Shown one piece after another: positions 26,410 through 35,962 of a stretch of DNA of 64,000 bases; position 1 is the stretch's first letter; each line of letters starts with the position of its first letter. This DNA comes from an uncultured Actinomycetota bacterium. Its GTDB lineage: Bacteria; Actinomycetota; Actinomycetes; Streptosporangiales; Streptosporangiaceae. The notes under the pieces are model-generated. The model saw nothing but the letters and a program-made list of their open reading frames with translations. It was not told the DNA's origin and searched no databases. Position numbers and translations under genes: made by a program. The DNA is taken from positions 261,318 through 325,317 of the forward strand of contig CAWKNX010000003.1 in NCBI GenBank assembly GCA_963851085.1, given 5' to 3'.

Positions 26410-27834
26410 ATGGATCACGCTCCGCACGTGACAGCGCTGTCGCGGCCGGCCGGATGGGTCGATCAGATCCTTCTTGCGGGTAATGACGGTGATATATGCC
26501 TTTGGTTCGGCAGGCCTGTGGACCGAGGCGCGCTCCGTGACCTGGTCGCTGAGCAGCAGCGCAAGCTTGCCGCGGCGGGATTAGCCGCGGGCGGCACGGT
26601 TTCACTGCGCTTACCACCCTCGCTCGGTTATGTGGCTAGCCTGCTCGCGGCTTGGCGGATCGGCGCGCAGGTGAGCCTCCTCGATCATCGTTTGACCCAG
26701 TATGAGGTCGACCGCGCGCTCCAGCGGCTGGCACCCCAGGTGCTCGTGCAGGTCGCGGACACCGCGCCGCACGTGGTCCGCGCGATGCGCGGCTATGCCG
26801 AGGTGGTGACCGCCGCCCTGCCGCGTGCCGGTGGCCGCCCGGCCGCCACGGGCCACGCGCTCGTACAGCTCAGCTCCGGCTCGACCGGGCCTTCCAAGGT
26901 GATCGCGCGCACCGCGGGCGACCTCGTCGGGGAACTCGACCGCTACTCGGCGCTGGACGGTTACCCGCGCCAGGGTGAGCGGATCGTCTGCCTCGCGTCG
27001 GTTGTGCACGTTCTCGGCCTGGTCGGCGGCTTGCTGCACGGCCTGCACGCGGGCGTGGAGCTCGTATTCGCCGACCGGCTCATGCCTGACGGCATCCTCG
27101 CGGCGGTCGCGGCGGGCGACCGGCCCACGATGATCCTCGGCGTGCCGTTCCACGCCGAGCTGCTGACCTCGGTTGCCGCGCCGCCACCGCTCCCGCAGCT
27201 CGCGCGCATGGTCGTCGCGGGTGAACTGGTACGGCCGCACGTGCCAGGTGCCTTCACCGCCCGCTATGGCGTGCCGCTCGGGACCATGTACGGGATGACC
27301 GAGCTCGGGGTCATCGCCACCGATCTGCACGGCCGCCATCACCCGGCCGTCGCGCCCGCGCCGGGCATGGCCCTGCGGGTGGAGGCAGGAGAACTGCTCG
27401 TGGCGATGGCCGCCTCGCCCTACATCGGCCTGGTCGATCCGACCCGCTGGTCGGACGGCTGGCTGCACACCAGGGACGCCGCGGCCGCCGATCCAGCGAC
27501 CGGCCTGGTGACGATCCTCGGCAGGCTCGATTCGCAGGTGTCCATCGGCGGGCTCAAGGTCGACCTCACCGAGGTGGAGCAGAGCCTGGCGGCGCTGCCC
27601 GAGGTCACCGAGGTGGTCGTGGTCTACGACGACGTGATCAGGGCCTACCTCGCACTGCGCGACGGCGCGGCGGTGGCCGGCGTCGAGCGCGCCATCACCG
27701 AGCAGCTCGCGGCCTTCAAGCGGCCCCGTGACCTCCATGTGCTGCCGAGTCTGCCACGTACGGCCAGCGGCAAGATCGTTCGCGACCGTGCGGTGCTCTG
27801 CCTTCTCGCTGACGGCGAGTCGGTGGCCCGGTGA
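26410..27834 (+). CDS. Stand-alone AMP-dependent synthetase/ligase (short, 474 aa)
   Basis: Adenylation cores are LSSGSTGPSKVI, MYGMTELG, GWLHTRDAA and LPRTASGKIVR. Confidence 0.85.
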   Translation: MDHAPHVTALSRPAGWVDQILLAGNDGDICLWFGRPVDRGALRDLVAEQQRKLAAAGLAAGGTVSLRLPPSLGYVASLLAAWRIGAQVSLLDHRLTQYEVDRALQRLAPQVLVQVADTAPHVVRAMRGYAEVVTAALPRAGGRPAATGHALVQLSSGSTGPSKVIARTAGDLVGELDRYSALDGYPRQGERIVCLASVVHVLGLVGGLLHGLHAGVELVFADRLMPDGILAAVAAGDRPTMILGVPFHAELLTSVAAPPPLPQLARMVVAGELVRPHVPGAFTARYGVPLGTMYGMTELGVIATDLHGRHHPAVAPAPGMALRVEAGELLVAMAASPYIGLVDPTRWSDGWLHTRDAAAADPATGLVTILGRLDSQVSIGGLKVDLTEVEQSLAALPEVTEVVVVYDDVIRAYLALRDGAAVAGVERAITEQLAAFKRPRDLHVLPSLPRTASGKIVRDRAVLCLLADGESVAR

Positions 27835-28013
27835 ACCATCGCGCGGCGCGGGGGGGAGCCCCGCGGGCCGGCGGCGCCGCGCCCCCCGTCCGTGCGCAGC
27901 CTCGTCCGGTCATCCGCTGTTCGGGCCGCATGTGCCCGCCATGCGCAGCGAACGCACTTCGGCCCCGGCCGGCCAGGCTCGGGTCCCGCACCGATGGAAA
28001 GGAAGCCAAGCAG

Positions 28014-28292
28014 ATGCGTGAAGACAAGGACGTGGTCTGCCAGTTCGTCGTCGATTCCCTGCAGAAGATGAACTACGACGTCAGCGACGTCACTCCGGAC
28101 ACCGACCTGGGCCCGGCGGGTCTCGATCTCGAATCGCTGGCACTCGCCGAGCTCGCGATCCAGATCGAGGATGAGTTCGGCGTGCGGTTCGGCGACGACG
28201 ATACCGAGACACTCGCGCTCATGACTCTCGACGAGTTCGGCGCCGAGGTCGCCAGGCGTCTCGCTGCGGAGCCCGCGGCCAGGGCCGAGTGA
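28014..28292 (+). CDS. Acyl carrier protein 1
   Basis: ATG at 28014 follows ggaaaggaag. The phosphopantetheine-site context is DLGPAGLDLESLALAELAIQIEDEFGV. A longer GTG start at 27831 is possible, but the leader contains a REP-like palindrome. Confidence 0.8.
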   Translation: MREDKDVVCQFVVDSLQKMNYDVSDVTPDTDLGPAGLDLESLALAELAIQIEDEFGVRFGDDDTETLALMTLDEFGAEVARRLAAEPAARAE

Positions 28293-28582
28293 GCCCCATG
28301 CCCGCGCTCGATCGTGGCCAGGTCATCGCCCTGCTGGCGACGTTCGGCGACCGCGCGCCCGATGCGGTCGCGGACCAGATCAGCTCGCTGGAACTGACGT
28401 GGCTGATCGCTCAGATCGAGCAGCAATACGGCATCGTGCTCGACTTCAGCGACGATGTGCTTGCGGGAATGTCGACGGTCTCAGGTGCCACGGCGACGCT
28501 GCGCGCCGCGATCGCGGACGCGGATACACCGGCAGGTACACCGGCGGGGACCGAGGCCGATGCGCAGGCGCGGCATGGCTGA
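28289..28582 (+). CDS. Carrier protein 2 (ACP/PCP-like)
   Basis: GTG at 28289 overlaps the ACP1 stop (GTGA). The candidate Ser motif is ADQISSLELTWLIAQIEQQYGIVL, about 40 aa from the N-terminus. Confidence 0.55.
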   Translation: MSPMPALDRGQVIALLATFGDRAPDAVADQISSLELTWLIAQIEQQYGIVLDFSDDVLAGMSTVSGATATLRAAIADADTPAGTPAGTEADAQARHG

Positions 28583-29864
28583 CGAGCAGGCCGGCGGCGG
28601 CGCCGCGCGCGATGGGCCGCCCGCGCGCGATGGGCCGCCCGCGCGGGACGGACCGGCCGGGCGCGATGAGCCGGCCGCGGGCGCACGCGTGGTGCTTGCC
28701 CGAAACGCCGCGGCGCGCGAGATGGCGGTCCGCGGTTCGCCCGCGCACGTGCCTGTGGCCCGGGACGAGGCAGTGCTGACGGGCATGGGAGCCATGTCGG
28801 CGTTCGGCCGGGGGACCGGTCCGCTTTTCGACCGCGTGTCCGTGGGCACGCCCGCCTTCGCTGAGGTCACCCGGTTCGACGTCGCGCAGCGCCGCGTCAA
28901 GGCAGCCGCTCATGCTCCCGGTTCGCCCGAGCTCGCCGCCGAACTGGTGTCAGTCATCGAAGACGCGTGTGCCGACGCGGCGTGGGCACCGGACCAGCGC
29001 GCCGGCTGTCCCCTGCTGCTCGCCGCACACGCCGACCCGTCGGTCACCGGGAACCCGGAGACTCCCGGCCTCGGGCTTGCCGTGGCCGAGCGGTGCGGGC
29101 TGCGCGCCGGACCGCGCGTCTACACGGCGGCGTGCGTGGCCGCGAGTACCGCGGTAGCGGACGCGGCGACCATGATCACCTCTGGCCGCCTCGATCGCGT
29201 GGTGGTGGCGGCGGGTTATCTCGTGGATCCGGGGAACTTCGCGGTCTTCGACGCCGGCCGCGCTCTCGCGAAGGACGGCCGCGTCCGGCCCTTCAGCGCC
29301 CGGCGGCGGGGCATGCTGCTCGGCGACGGGGTTGCCGCGGTGGTGCTCGAGTCGGGGCGGGCCGCGCGCGGCCGGGGCGCGGACGTGCTCGCGAGGGTCG
29401 CCGGCTGGGGGCGTGCCGGTGACGCCTACCACGTCTGCCAGCCCAGGCCGGACGGGGCCGGGCTCGCGAGTGCGGTGCGATCCGCATTCCGGCGCGCCGG
29501 TGTAGCGCCTGCCGAGGTGGGATACGTCAACGCGAACGGCACCGGCACGCCGCAAAGTGACGCGGCGGAGGCGGCCGCGCTGCACCGCGCCTTCGGCGAG
29601 TGCATCGGCGGGGTCCCGGTCAGCTCGACCAAGTCGGTGCACGGCCACGCGCTGGAGGCGTCGGCGCTGCTTGAACTCGTCGTGACGGTGCTCGCCCTTC
29701 GCAGCGGCCTGCTGCCGGTCAACGCCGGCTTCCTGGAGCCTGACGCGGACTGTGAACTCGATCTTGTCCTCGACACGCCGCGTGCGGCCCTGCCGCGATA
29801 TGCGATGAGCGTCAACTTCGCCTTCGGCGGAGCCAACACGGCGTTGCTTGTGGGCGCGGGATGA
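28575..29864 (+). CDS. Beta-ketoacyl synthase (KAS I/II fold, Cys-His-His present)
   Basis: ATG at 28575 overlaps the carrier-protein-2 stop. Active-site contexts are YTAACVAASTAV, GDAYHVCQP and STKSVHGHALEAS. The C-terminus is FAFGGANTALLV. The N-terminus carries an ARDGPP x4 repeat. Confidence 0.85.
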   Translation: MADEQAGGGAARDGPPARDGPPARDGPAGRDEPAAGARVVLARNAAAREMAVRGSPAHVPVARDEAVLTGMGAMSAFGRGTGPLFDRVSVGTPAFAEVTRFDVAQRRVKAAAHAPGSPELAAELVSVIEDACADAAWAPDQRAGCPLLLAAHADPSVTGNPETPGLGLAVAERCGLRAGPRVYTAACVAASTAVADAATMITSGRLDRVVVAAGYLVDPGNFAVFDAGRALAKDGRVRPFSARRRGMLLGDGVAAVVLESGRAARGRGADVLARVAGWGRAGDAYHVCQPRPDGAGLASAVRSAFRRAGVAPAEVGYVNANGTGTPQSDAAEAAALHRAFGECIGGVPVSSTKSVHGHALEASALLELVVTVLALRSGLLPVNAGFLEPDADCELDLVLDTPRAALPRYAMSVNFAFGGANTALLVGAG

Positions 29865-30628
29865 GCCCGCGGCCCTCGGCCGGATGCGTGGCCAGCGAAC
29901 GGGACGCCGCCGCGGGCCGCGGGGTGAATATGCCAGGCGTTCCGGGCGAGCCCGGCTCGCCAGCCGGTCCGGATACCTCAAGGGCTCCGCACGTGCCGGG
30001 GCCTTCGGGTGTTCAAGCCGCTCTGGGCCCGTCGAGTGATCCCGGTGCGCCCGCCGGCGAGGGCCCCACGCAGGACCTGGCCATTCTCGCGCGTGCTCGC
30101 TGGCCGGAGCGGCCTGGCGACACCCTGACACCGATACCCGCATTCGTCGCGTCGTCGTTCAGCCCACTGGTGGCCGAGGTCGCGGACCGGTGCCTTCGTG
30201 CCTGCTACGGAACGCCTCCGGCCGAGCCCGCACGTGGCAGGAGAACCGCGATCGTGCTCGCGAGCAGGCACGGCGACGTGGGCACGTCCGCTGCCGTGGC
30301 GCAGGCTCTCGCCGAGCGCCGCCGCGTTCCACCGCTGCTGTTCTTCCAGTCGAACGTCAACGCGGTGATCGGCCATGTGGCGGCGCGCTGGGGCCTGGCG
30401 GGCCCCATCGTGTGCACCTGCCCGACTGGCGATCTGATCGCCGATGGGCTGGCGTGTGCCGCGTTGCTGTTCGAGGACGGTGACGCCAGCGAGGCGCTCG
30501 TCATTGCCGCCGACCAGGGATATGGCGGCGAATCCGACAGCGCGGCCGCGGTTCTGGCGGCCGCGTGGACGCGGCGGCCCGGCGCCTGGTCCCCCGGCGG
30601 CCAGCAGGAGGCAGGAGGAGTCACATGA
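29861..30628 (+). CDS. Small KS-N-terminal-like partner (chain-length-factor-like, no catalytic triad)
   Basis: The 255 aa, ATGA-coupled to the KS, read FVASSFSPLVAEVADRCL, PPLLFFQSNVNAVIGHVAARWGLAGPIV and ALVIAADQ. This resembles Ketoacyl-synt_2 / ApeC / Iga12-type CLFs from memory. It has a Pro-rich N-terminal extension. Confidence 0.5.
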   Translation: MSPRPSAGCVASERDAAAGRGVNMPGVPGEPGSPAGPDTSRAPHVPGPSGVQAALGPSSDPGAPAGEGPTQDLAILARARWPERPGDTLTPIPAFVASSFSPLVAEVADRCLRACYGTPPAEPARGRRTAIVLASRHGDVGTSAAVAQALAERRRVPPLLFFQSNVNAVIGHVAARWGLAGPIVCTCPTGDLIADGLACAALLFEDGDASEALVIAADQGYGGESDSAAAVLAAAWTRRPGAWSPGGQQEAGGVT

Positions 30629-32247
30629 AGGTCCCGAGCATGCGCGCGGCACTCGCGGCCGATGCCGAGATCGGCGCGGGCAACGTGGTCAGCATCCGGA
30701 TGGCAGGTGGCGCCGGTCTCGACGACCCGGTCGTCACGTTCGACAGCGATGTCGACGGCTCACCCGCCTGGCAGCCGCTGACGGTGCGGCAACTCGACCG
30801 GATGGCCGCGGCGCGCGCCGCGGCGCTGCACGGCCTTGGCATCGGGATGCGTGACCCGGTCGCGGTCATCGCTCCTACCGCTGCCGACACCGCGCTGGCC
30901 TTCCTCGGCCTCACCCGCCTCGGCGCGATCCCGGCGTTGATCAATCCATATCTGCCCACCGAACTCGCCGCGGAGTACATCCGCCGCCTCGGCGCGGTGG
31001 GGCTGATCACCGACGCGGCGCACGCGGAGCAGTTGTCCTCCCACGGCATCGCCACCCCGCGGCTTCCCGACGTCTCGGGCCTTGGCCGCGGCGATCCGGA
31101 AAGCTCTCCGCCCCCCTACAGGTATTACCCCACCGACCCGGTGGCGATCACGCATTCTTCGGGCACGACCGGCCTGCCCAAGGCGGTCGTGCACTCGCAT
31201 GGCAGCCTGTTCGCCGCGATCAGGTACCGGCTGCGACTGCCGAGACCGCAAGGTACCGAGCGGATGCTGAGTGCCCTGCCGTGCCCGCACGCGGCGGGCC
31301 TGATCGTGCTCAACCTCGCGCTGTGCAACGGCGGGCAGATGCTCATGCTGTCCAGGCAGACAGGGCCGAGCGTGCTCGACGCGATCGAACGGTGGCGGCA
31401 GGCCTGCGTGGTCGGATTCTCCACCACCTGGCCGGACCTGGTGAAGGCGGATCTGTCCCAGCGCGATCTGGATTGCGTGGCCCTGTGGTGGAACACCGGC
31501 GACTGCGCCCACGAGGCGCACATCCGGCGGCTGATCGGGCATGGCTCAAGGGACACGGTCACGTCGGCTGGCCGGGTGCGGCAGCCGGGCTCGGTGTTCG
31601 TCGACGGCCTCGGCTCCAGCGAGATGGGGCACTCGCACTTCCACATCGCCCATACCCAGGACTCGAACCGGTACGGCCGGTGTATCGGGCGCGCCCACTC
31701 GTTCGCCGACGCGCGGGTCTTCGGGCCGGACGGCGAGGAACTGCCGCCCGGCGAGGTGGGAGAGCTCGGCACGAGTTCTCCCACGGTTTCGCTCGGCTAC
31801 TGGAACGACTCGGCCACCACCTACCGGACCCGGATCCGCGGCTATTTCCTTACCGGGGATCTGGTCTATCGCGATGAGGAAGGCTACTTCTACCACCTGG
31901 ACAGGAAGGCCGACTCGGTCGATCTCGGCGGCGGCGCGCGCCTCTACACGGCAGCGTCAGAGGAACGGATCCTCGCGCGCTGCCCCGACGTTCTCGACTG
32001 CACGGTCGTGGCGGTTTCCGAGGGTGGGCGGGTGGTCACCGACGTGCTTCTCCAGCTCGATCCGGCGGCGGTCGCCGCCGGGCCGGTCGATCGCACCGAG
32101 CAGGTGCGCGCCGCGCTCGACGAGCGCGTCGCCGCCACGGTACGCCATGTCATACCTGTCGACGACGGCAACATCCCGCTGACTGCGACCGGCAAGGTCC
32201 GCAAGTTCGTGCTGCGGCAGCGCCACCTGGCGGAAGCGTCACGATGA
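30625..32247 (+). CDS. AMP-dependent synthetase/ligase (540 aa)
   Basis: ATG at 30625 overlaps the previous stop (ATGA). Adenylation cores are ITHSSGTTGLPKAV, GSSEMG, YFLTGDLVYRD and TATGKVRK. Confidence 0.85.
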   Translation: MKVPSMRAALAADAEIGAGNVVSIRMAGGAGLDDPVVTFDSDVDGSPAWQPLTVRQLDRMAAARAAALHGLGIGMRDPVAVIAPTAADTALAFLGLTRLGAIPALINPYLPTELAAEYIRRLGAVGLITDAAHAEQLSSHGIATPRLPDVSGLGRGDPESSPPPYRYYPTDPVAITHSSGTTGLPKAVVHSHGSLFAAIRYRLRLPRPQGTERMLSALPCPHAAGLIVLNLALCNGGQMLMLSRQTGPSVLDAIERWRQACVVGFSTTWPDLVKADLSQRDLDCVALWWNTGDCAHEAHIRRLIGHGSRDTVTSAGRVRQPGSVFVDGLGSSEMGHSHFHIAHTQDSNRYGRCIGRAHSFADARVFGPDGEELPPGEVGELGTSSPTVSLGYWNDSATTYRTRIRGYFLTGDLVYRDEEGYFYHLDRKADSVDLGGGARLYTAASEERILARCPDVLDCTVVAVSEGGRVVTDVLLQLDPAAVAAGPVDRTEQVRAALDERVAATVRHVIPVDDGNIPLTATGKVRKFVLRQRHLAEASR

Positions 32248-33530
32248 GCTGGCCAGGGGGGGACTGCGCCGCCGTTACGGGAATCGGCCTTGTCACCCCG
32301 CTCGGCCGCGACACCGGCGAGTTCTTCGACGCGGTCTGCGCGGGCCGCTCCGGCCTCCGCGCACCGCCGGAGAAGCATCCGGTCGCGGAAACGCTCGAGG
32401 TGGTGGGGATCGCGCCGGAAATCGATGCCGCGTCGCTGCTCCCGCCGACCGAGCTGCGATGCGTCGACCGTTTCGTCCTGCTTGCCCTCGCCGCCGCGAC
32501 GGATGCGCTCGCGGACGCGGGAATCGAAGCCGGGCGCGACGTCGACCCGTACCGGATCGCGGTGATCGCCGCCACCGGCGGTGGCGGCCTCGAGACGTTC
32601 GAGGAGTATTCCCACTCGCGTTTCCAGCGCGGGCGCCCCGCCGTGAGCGCGTATCTGCTGCCGGGGATGCTGTCCAACATGGCGACCGCGCGGATCGCCA
32701 TCAAGCATCAGATCCAGGGCTACAGTACGGCGATCGTCACGGCCTGCGCGGCGGGTGCCCAGGCGATCGCGGAAGGCCTGCGTCTCATCCGCGATGGTGA
32801 AGCCGACGTCGTCATCTGCGGGGGCGCCGAGTCGCCCCTGCATCCGACCATCGCCGCCGCTTTCGCCAACGCGCGGGCGCTGGCCCGTGGATGGGCAGAT
32901 CCCACGGCGGCGAGCAGGCCTTTCGACCGTGGCCGCAACGGCTTCGTGCTCGCGGAAGGCGCTTGCATGTTCGTGCTTGAGCGTGCCGCGTTCGCGCAGG
33001 CACGCGGCGCGGCAGCGTACGCCGACCTGATCGGCTGGGGGGCGACGACCGACGCCCATCACCCGACGATGCCCCGTCCGGACGGTGCCGGCGCGGCCGA
33101 GTGCATGCGCAGGGCAATTGCCGGCGCGGGCCTGGGCCCAGCCGACGTCGGCTACGTGAACGCGCACGCGACGAGCACCAAGCGTGGTGATGCCGCCGAG
33201 GCGGCCGCCATCCGCTCCGTCTTCGGCGCCCACCGGCCGGCGGTCAGCTCGATCAAGGGGGTGACCGGCCATCTCCTTGGCGCCTCAGGCGCCGTCGAGG
33301 CCGCCGCGACGGCGCTCGCGGTTGGCCGCGGCGTCCTGCCGCCCACGCACAACCTCACCGATCCCGATCCGGCGTGCGACCTTGACCACGTGCGCGCAGC
33401 GGCCAGGACAGGTCAGGTGCACGCCGCCCTGTCGAATTCCTTCGCCTTCGGTGGCCACAACCTCAGCCTGCTTTTCGGCCGGTCAGGCACCAGCCCGAGC
33501 CGCACGACCACCGCACGAGGTGCACGATGA
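32244..33530 (+). CDS. Beta-ketoacyl-ACP synthase II (FabF-like)
   Basis: Active-site contexts are IVTACAAGAQAI, TDAHHPTMP and SIKGVTGHLLGASG. The C-terminus is NSFAFGGHNLSLLF. Both start and stop overlap the neighbouring genes. Confidence 0.9.
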   Translation: MSWPGGDCAAVTGIGLVTPLGRDTGEFFDAVCAGRSGLRAPPEKHPVAETLEVVGIAPEIDAASLLPPTELRCVDRFVLLALAAATDALADAGIEAGRDVDPYRIAVIAATGGGGLETFEEYSHSRFQRGRPAVSAYLLPGMLSNMATARIAIKHQIQGYSTAIVTACAAGAQAIAEGLRLIRDGEADVVICGGAESPLHPTIAAAFANARALARGWADPTAASRPFDRGRNGFVLAEGACMFVLERAAFAQARGAAAYADLIGWGATTDAHHPTMPRPDGAGAAECMRRAIAGAGLGPADVGYVNAHATSTKRGDAAEAAAIRSVFGAHRPAVSSIKGVTGHLLGASGAVEAAATALAVGRGVLPPTHNLTDPDPACDLDHVRAAARTGQVHAALSNSFAFGGHNLSLLFGRSGTSPSRTTTARGAR

Positions 33531-35007
33531 CCATTCAGGGGATCGACCACCTGGAGTTCTATGTCGCCGACGCGCGGCAGGCCGCTGGCCAGTTATGTGA
33601 TGCCTACGGTTTCCGCGTGCACGGCGAGGGTAGCCCGCGCACCGGGCTGGCGGGCCAGCGGTCGGTGCTCGTCCGGCTGCGGGATATCCGCATCCTGCTC
33701 ACCTCCGGTCTTTCCGCCGATCACCCGGCCGTCAGGTATGTGCGCAGGCACGGCGACGGCGTGGCGGTCATCGCGTTAGCCACCGATGACGCGCACGCTG
33801 CGTTCGCCGAGGCGTTACGGCGGGGTGCCGATCCGGTGGCCGACCCGGTCGTATACGAGCGTGGCGTCAGCCGCACGACGTTCGCCTCGGTGTCAGCGTT
33901 CGGCGACGTCGCCCACAGGTTCGTTCAGCGGCTCGGGCCCGATGACGACTTCGCGCCCGGCGTCATCCGGCGGCAGTCGCTAGGCAGTGCCGCCCCGGGG
34001 GAGCGACCCCCCGGGATCCCCCCGCAGGAGCCGTTGCCGCATCCGCGGCAGTCGCTAGGCAGTGCCGCCCCGGGGGGACGACCCCCGGGATCCCCCCGCA
34101 GGAGCCGTTGCCGCATCCGCGGCAGTCGCTAGGCAGTGCCGCCCCGGGGGAGCGACCCCCCGGGATCCCCCCGCAGGAGCCGTTGCCGCATCCGCGGCAG
34201 TCGCTAGGCAGTGCCGCCCCGGGGGGACGGCCCCCCGGGATCCCCCCGCAGGAGCCGTTGCCGCATCCGCGGCAGTCGTTAAGGATCATGGAGGGTCACC
34301 ACGGCGGACCCGGAGACGAGGATCGGTCGGACGCCCCGGCCGACCGCGATGACGTCCTCGAGGTGATCGACCACATCGCCGCCTGCGTGCCCGCGGGAAC
34401 GCTCGGCGCGGTGGCCGGTGCCTACGGCGACATCTTCGGCTTCTCCCAGATCTTCGCAGAGCGCATCGAGGTCGGCGGCCAGGCGATGGACTCGAGGGTG
34501 GTGCAGAGCCCGTCAGCCGGGGTGACGCTGACCCTGCTGGAGCCCGCCGGAAGCGGGGATCCGGGTCAGATCGACGAATTCCTGCTGTCGCACGGCGGCC
34601 CCGGAGTGCAGCACGTGGCGTTCCGCACGCCAGGTATCGCCGAGGCGGTGCGGATCCTGGAAAAGCGCGGCGTGCGGTTCCTTGCCACCCCGCCCGCATA
34701 CTACGACGCGCTCGAACGCCGGCTTGGCGCGGCGGAGCTTCCGGTGCAGGAACTCCGGGACCTCAATGTGCTCGCTGACCGCGACCCGTGGGGGCTGATG
34801 TTCCAGATCTTCACCCAGTCGGTGCACCCGAGGCGGACTCTCTTCTTCGAGCTGATCGAGCGACGGGGCGCGCTCACGTTCGGCAGCGGGAACATTCGTG
34901 CCCTTTATGAGGCGGTCGCACGTGAGCACGCTGCCGCCGGGCCCCCGCAGGCCGGACCGCCGCCCGCCCCCGGCCAGGGATCCGGCGGCGCGCCGGCTGA
35001 TTCGTGA
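33527..35007 (+). CDS. 4-hydroxyphenylpyruvate dioxygenase family enzyme (HmaS/HPPD-like) with a 4 x 25-aa tandem insertion between its two domains; one frame break inside the repeat
   Basis: The N-domain is IQGIDHLEFYVADARQAAGQL..GDGVAVIAL. The C-domain is VIDHIAACVP..GVQHVAFRT..LADRD..GLMFQIFTQ..FFELIERRG..GFGSGNIRALYEAV. The two halves lie in frames 2 and 1 because one of the four repeat units is 74 nt rather than 75 nt. Confidence 0.8.
33971..34275. repeat. Tandem array, about 4 units of 75 bp, each containing a family-A palindromic core
   Basis: Unit starts (cggcagtcgctagg) at 33971, 34046, 34120, 34195 and 34270, giving periods of 75, 74, 75 and 75. The unit is cggcagtcgctaggcagtgccgccccgggggg(a)cgacccccgggatccccccgcaggagccgttgccgcatccg. 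It encodes RQSLGSAAPG(E/G)RPPGIPPQEPLPHP. Confidence 0.9.
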
Positions 35008-35960
35008 TGCGGCACGGACCGCCGCCTGGGAGGCAGATCATGTCCACGTCGTTCAGGCCCGCGGAGGCGTTCATGCTGACGGCCGGCGAGCGCGGCTTGC
35101 TGCCATCAGACGCCGACGTCCAGTGGTACGCGGAACACGGCTGGTATCTGTCCAAACGGCTGCTCACCGACGAGGAGACCGAGACGCTGCACACCGCGAG
35201 CGAGCGGTACTACGCGGGTCAGCGTGACCGCGTGTTACCGCGGCGGCCACCGAACCTCGCCTACTGGCAGCCGTCACACGGGCAGGTCCAGCGGCACAAC
35301 GACTACGTTCACTACGAAAGCGACGAACTCGCGCGTATTCTCCGCAAGCCGCTCATCGGGGCGGTCGCCGCACGGCTGGCGGGAAGCAGCGAGACCAGGA
35401 TCTTCCAGGCGACGCTCATCTACAAGCCGCCGCTGCGGGACGAGCAGACGAACCTCGTGCCGTGGCACGCCGACCGGCACTACTGGCAGACCTGCACATC
35501 CGAGCGGATGCTGACCGCTTTCATCCCGTTCCACGACTGCGGCGAGGACATGGGCACGATCACGATGATCGACGGGAGTCACCGGTGGAAGGAGCCGCCG
35601 GGCGGAGACGACTCCACCCGCCACTTCGCGCAGCGTGACCGCGGCGAGCTCGAGGCCCTGCTCGCCGAGACGGCACGCTTCAACGGGGCCGAGGTGGTGC
35701 AGACCCCGATGGTGATCCCGAAGGGCCATATGAGCTTCCATCACTGCCGGATCTACCACGGCAGCGGGGCGAACGTGAGTGGCCGCCCACGGCGCAGCGT
35801 GTCACTGCACATGCAGGACGGCGAGAACCAGTGGCGGCGCTACCTCCGCCCGGACGGCGGCACCCTCGTCTACAACAACGACGTCCTCGTCCGCAGGACG
35901 AGCGGCGGCACGCCGGACTACGCCGACCCCGTGTACTGCCCAGTGACATGGAGGGCTTAG
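35004..35960 (+). CDS. Phytanoyl-CoA dioxygenase (PhyH) family Fe(II)/2-oxoglutarate oxygenase
   Basis: 318 aa with the HxD context LVPWHADRHYW, a distal His in FHHCRIYHGSGAN and an Arg in RRSVSLH. The start overlaps the previous stop. Confidence 0.75.
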   Translation: MMRHGPPPGRQIMSTSFRPAEAFMLTAGERGLLPSDADVQWYAEHGWYLSKRLLTDEETETLHTASERYYAGQRDRVLPRRPPNLAYWQPSHGQVQRHNDYVHYESDELARILRKPLIGAVAARLAGSSETRIFQATLIYKPPLRDEQTNLVPWHADRHYWQTCTSERMLTAFIPFHDCGEDMGTITMIDGSHRWKEPPGGDDSTRHFAQRDRGELEALLAETARFNGAEVVQTPMVIPKGHMSFHHCRIYHGSGANVSGRPRRSVSLHMQDGENQWRRYLRPDGGTLVYNNDVLVRRTSGGTPDYADPVYCPVTWRA

Positions 35961-35962
35961 CC

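Noticed and set aside
28950-30143. Large antisense ORFs throughout, for example 3668..5260, 9235..10299, 26611..27738, 28950..30143, 31944..33272, 37231..38223, 37860..39053 and 53351..54382
   Set aside because: These are typical shadow ORFs of very GC-rich DNA, being Arg/Pro/Gly/His-rich with no domain similarity. Each lies opposite a well-supported gene.
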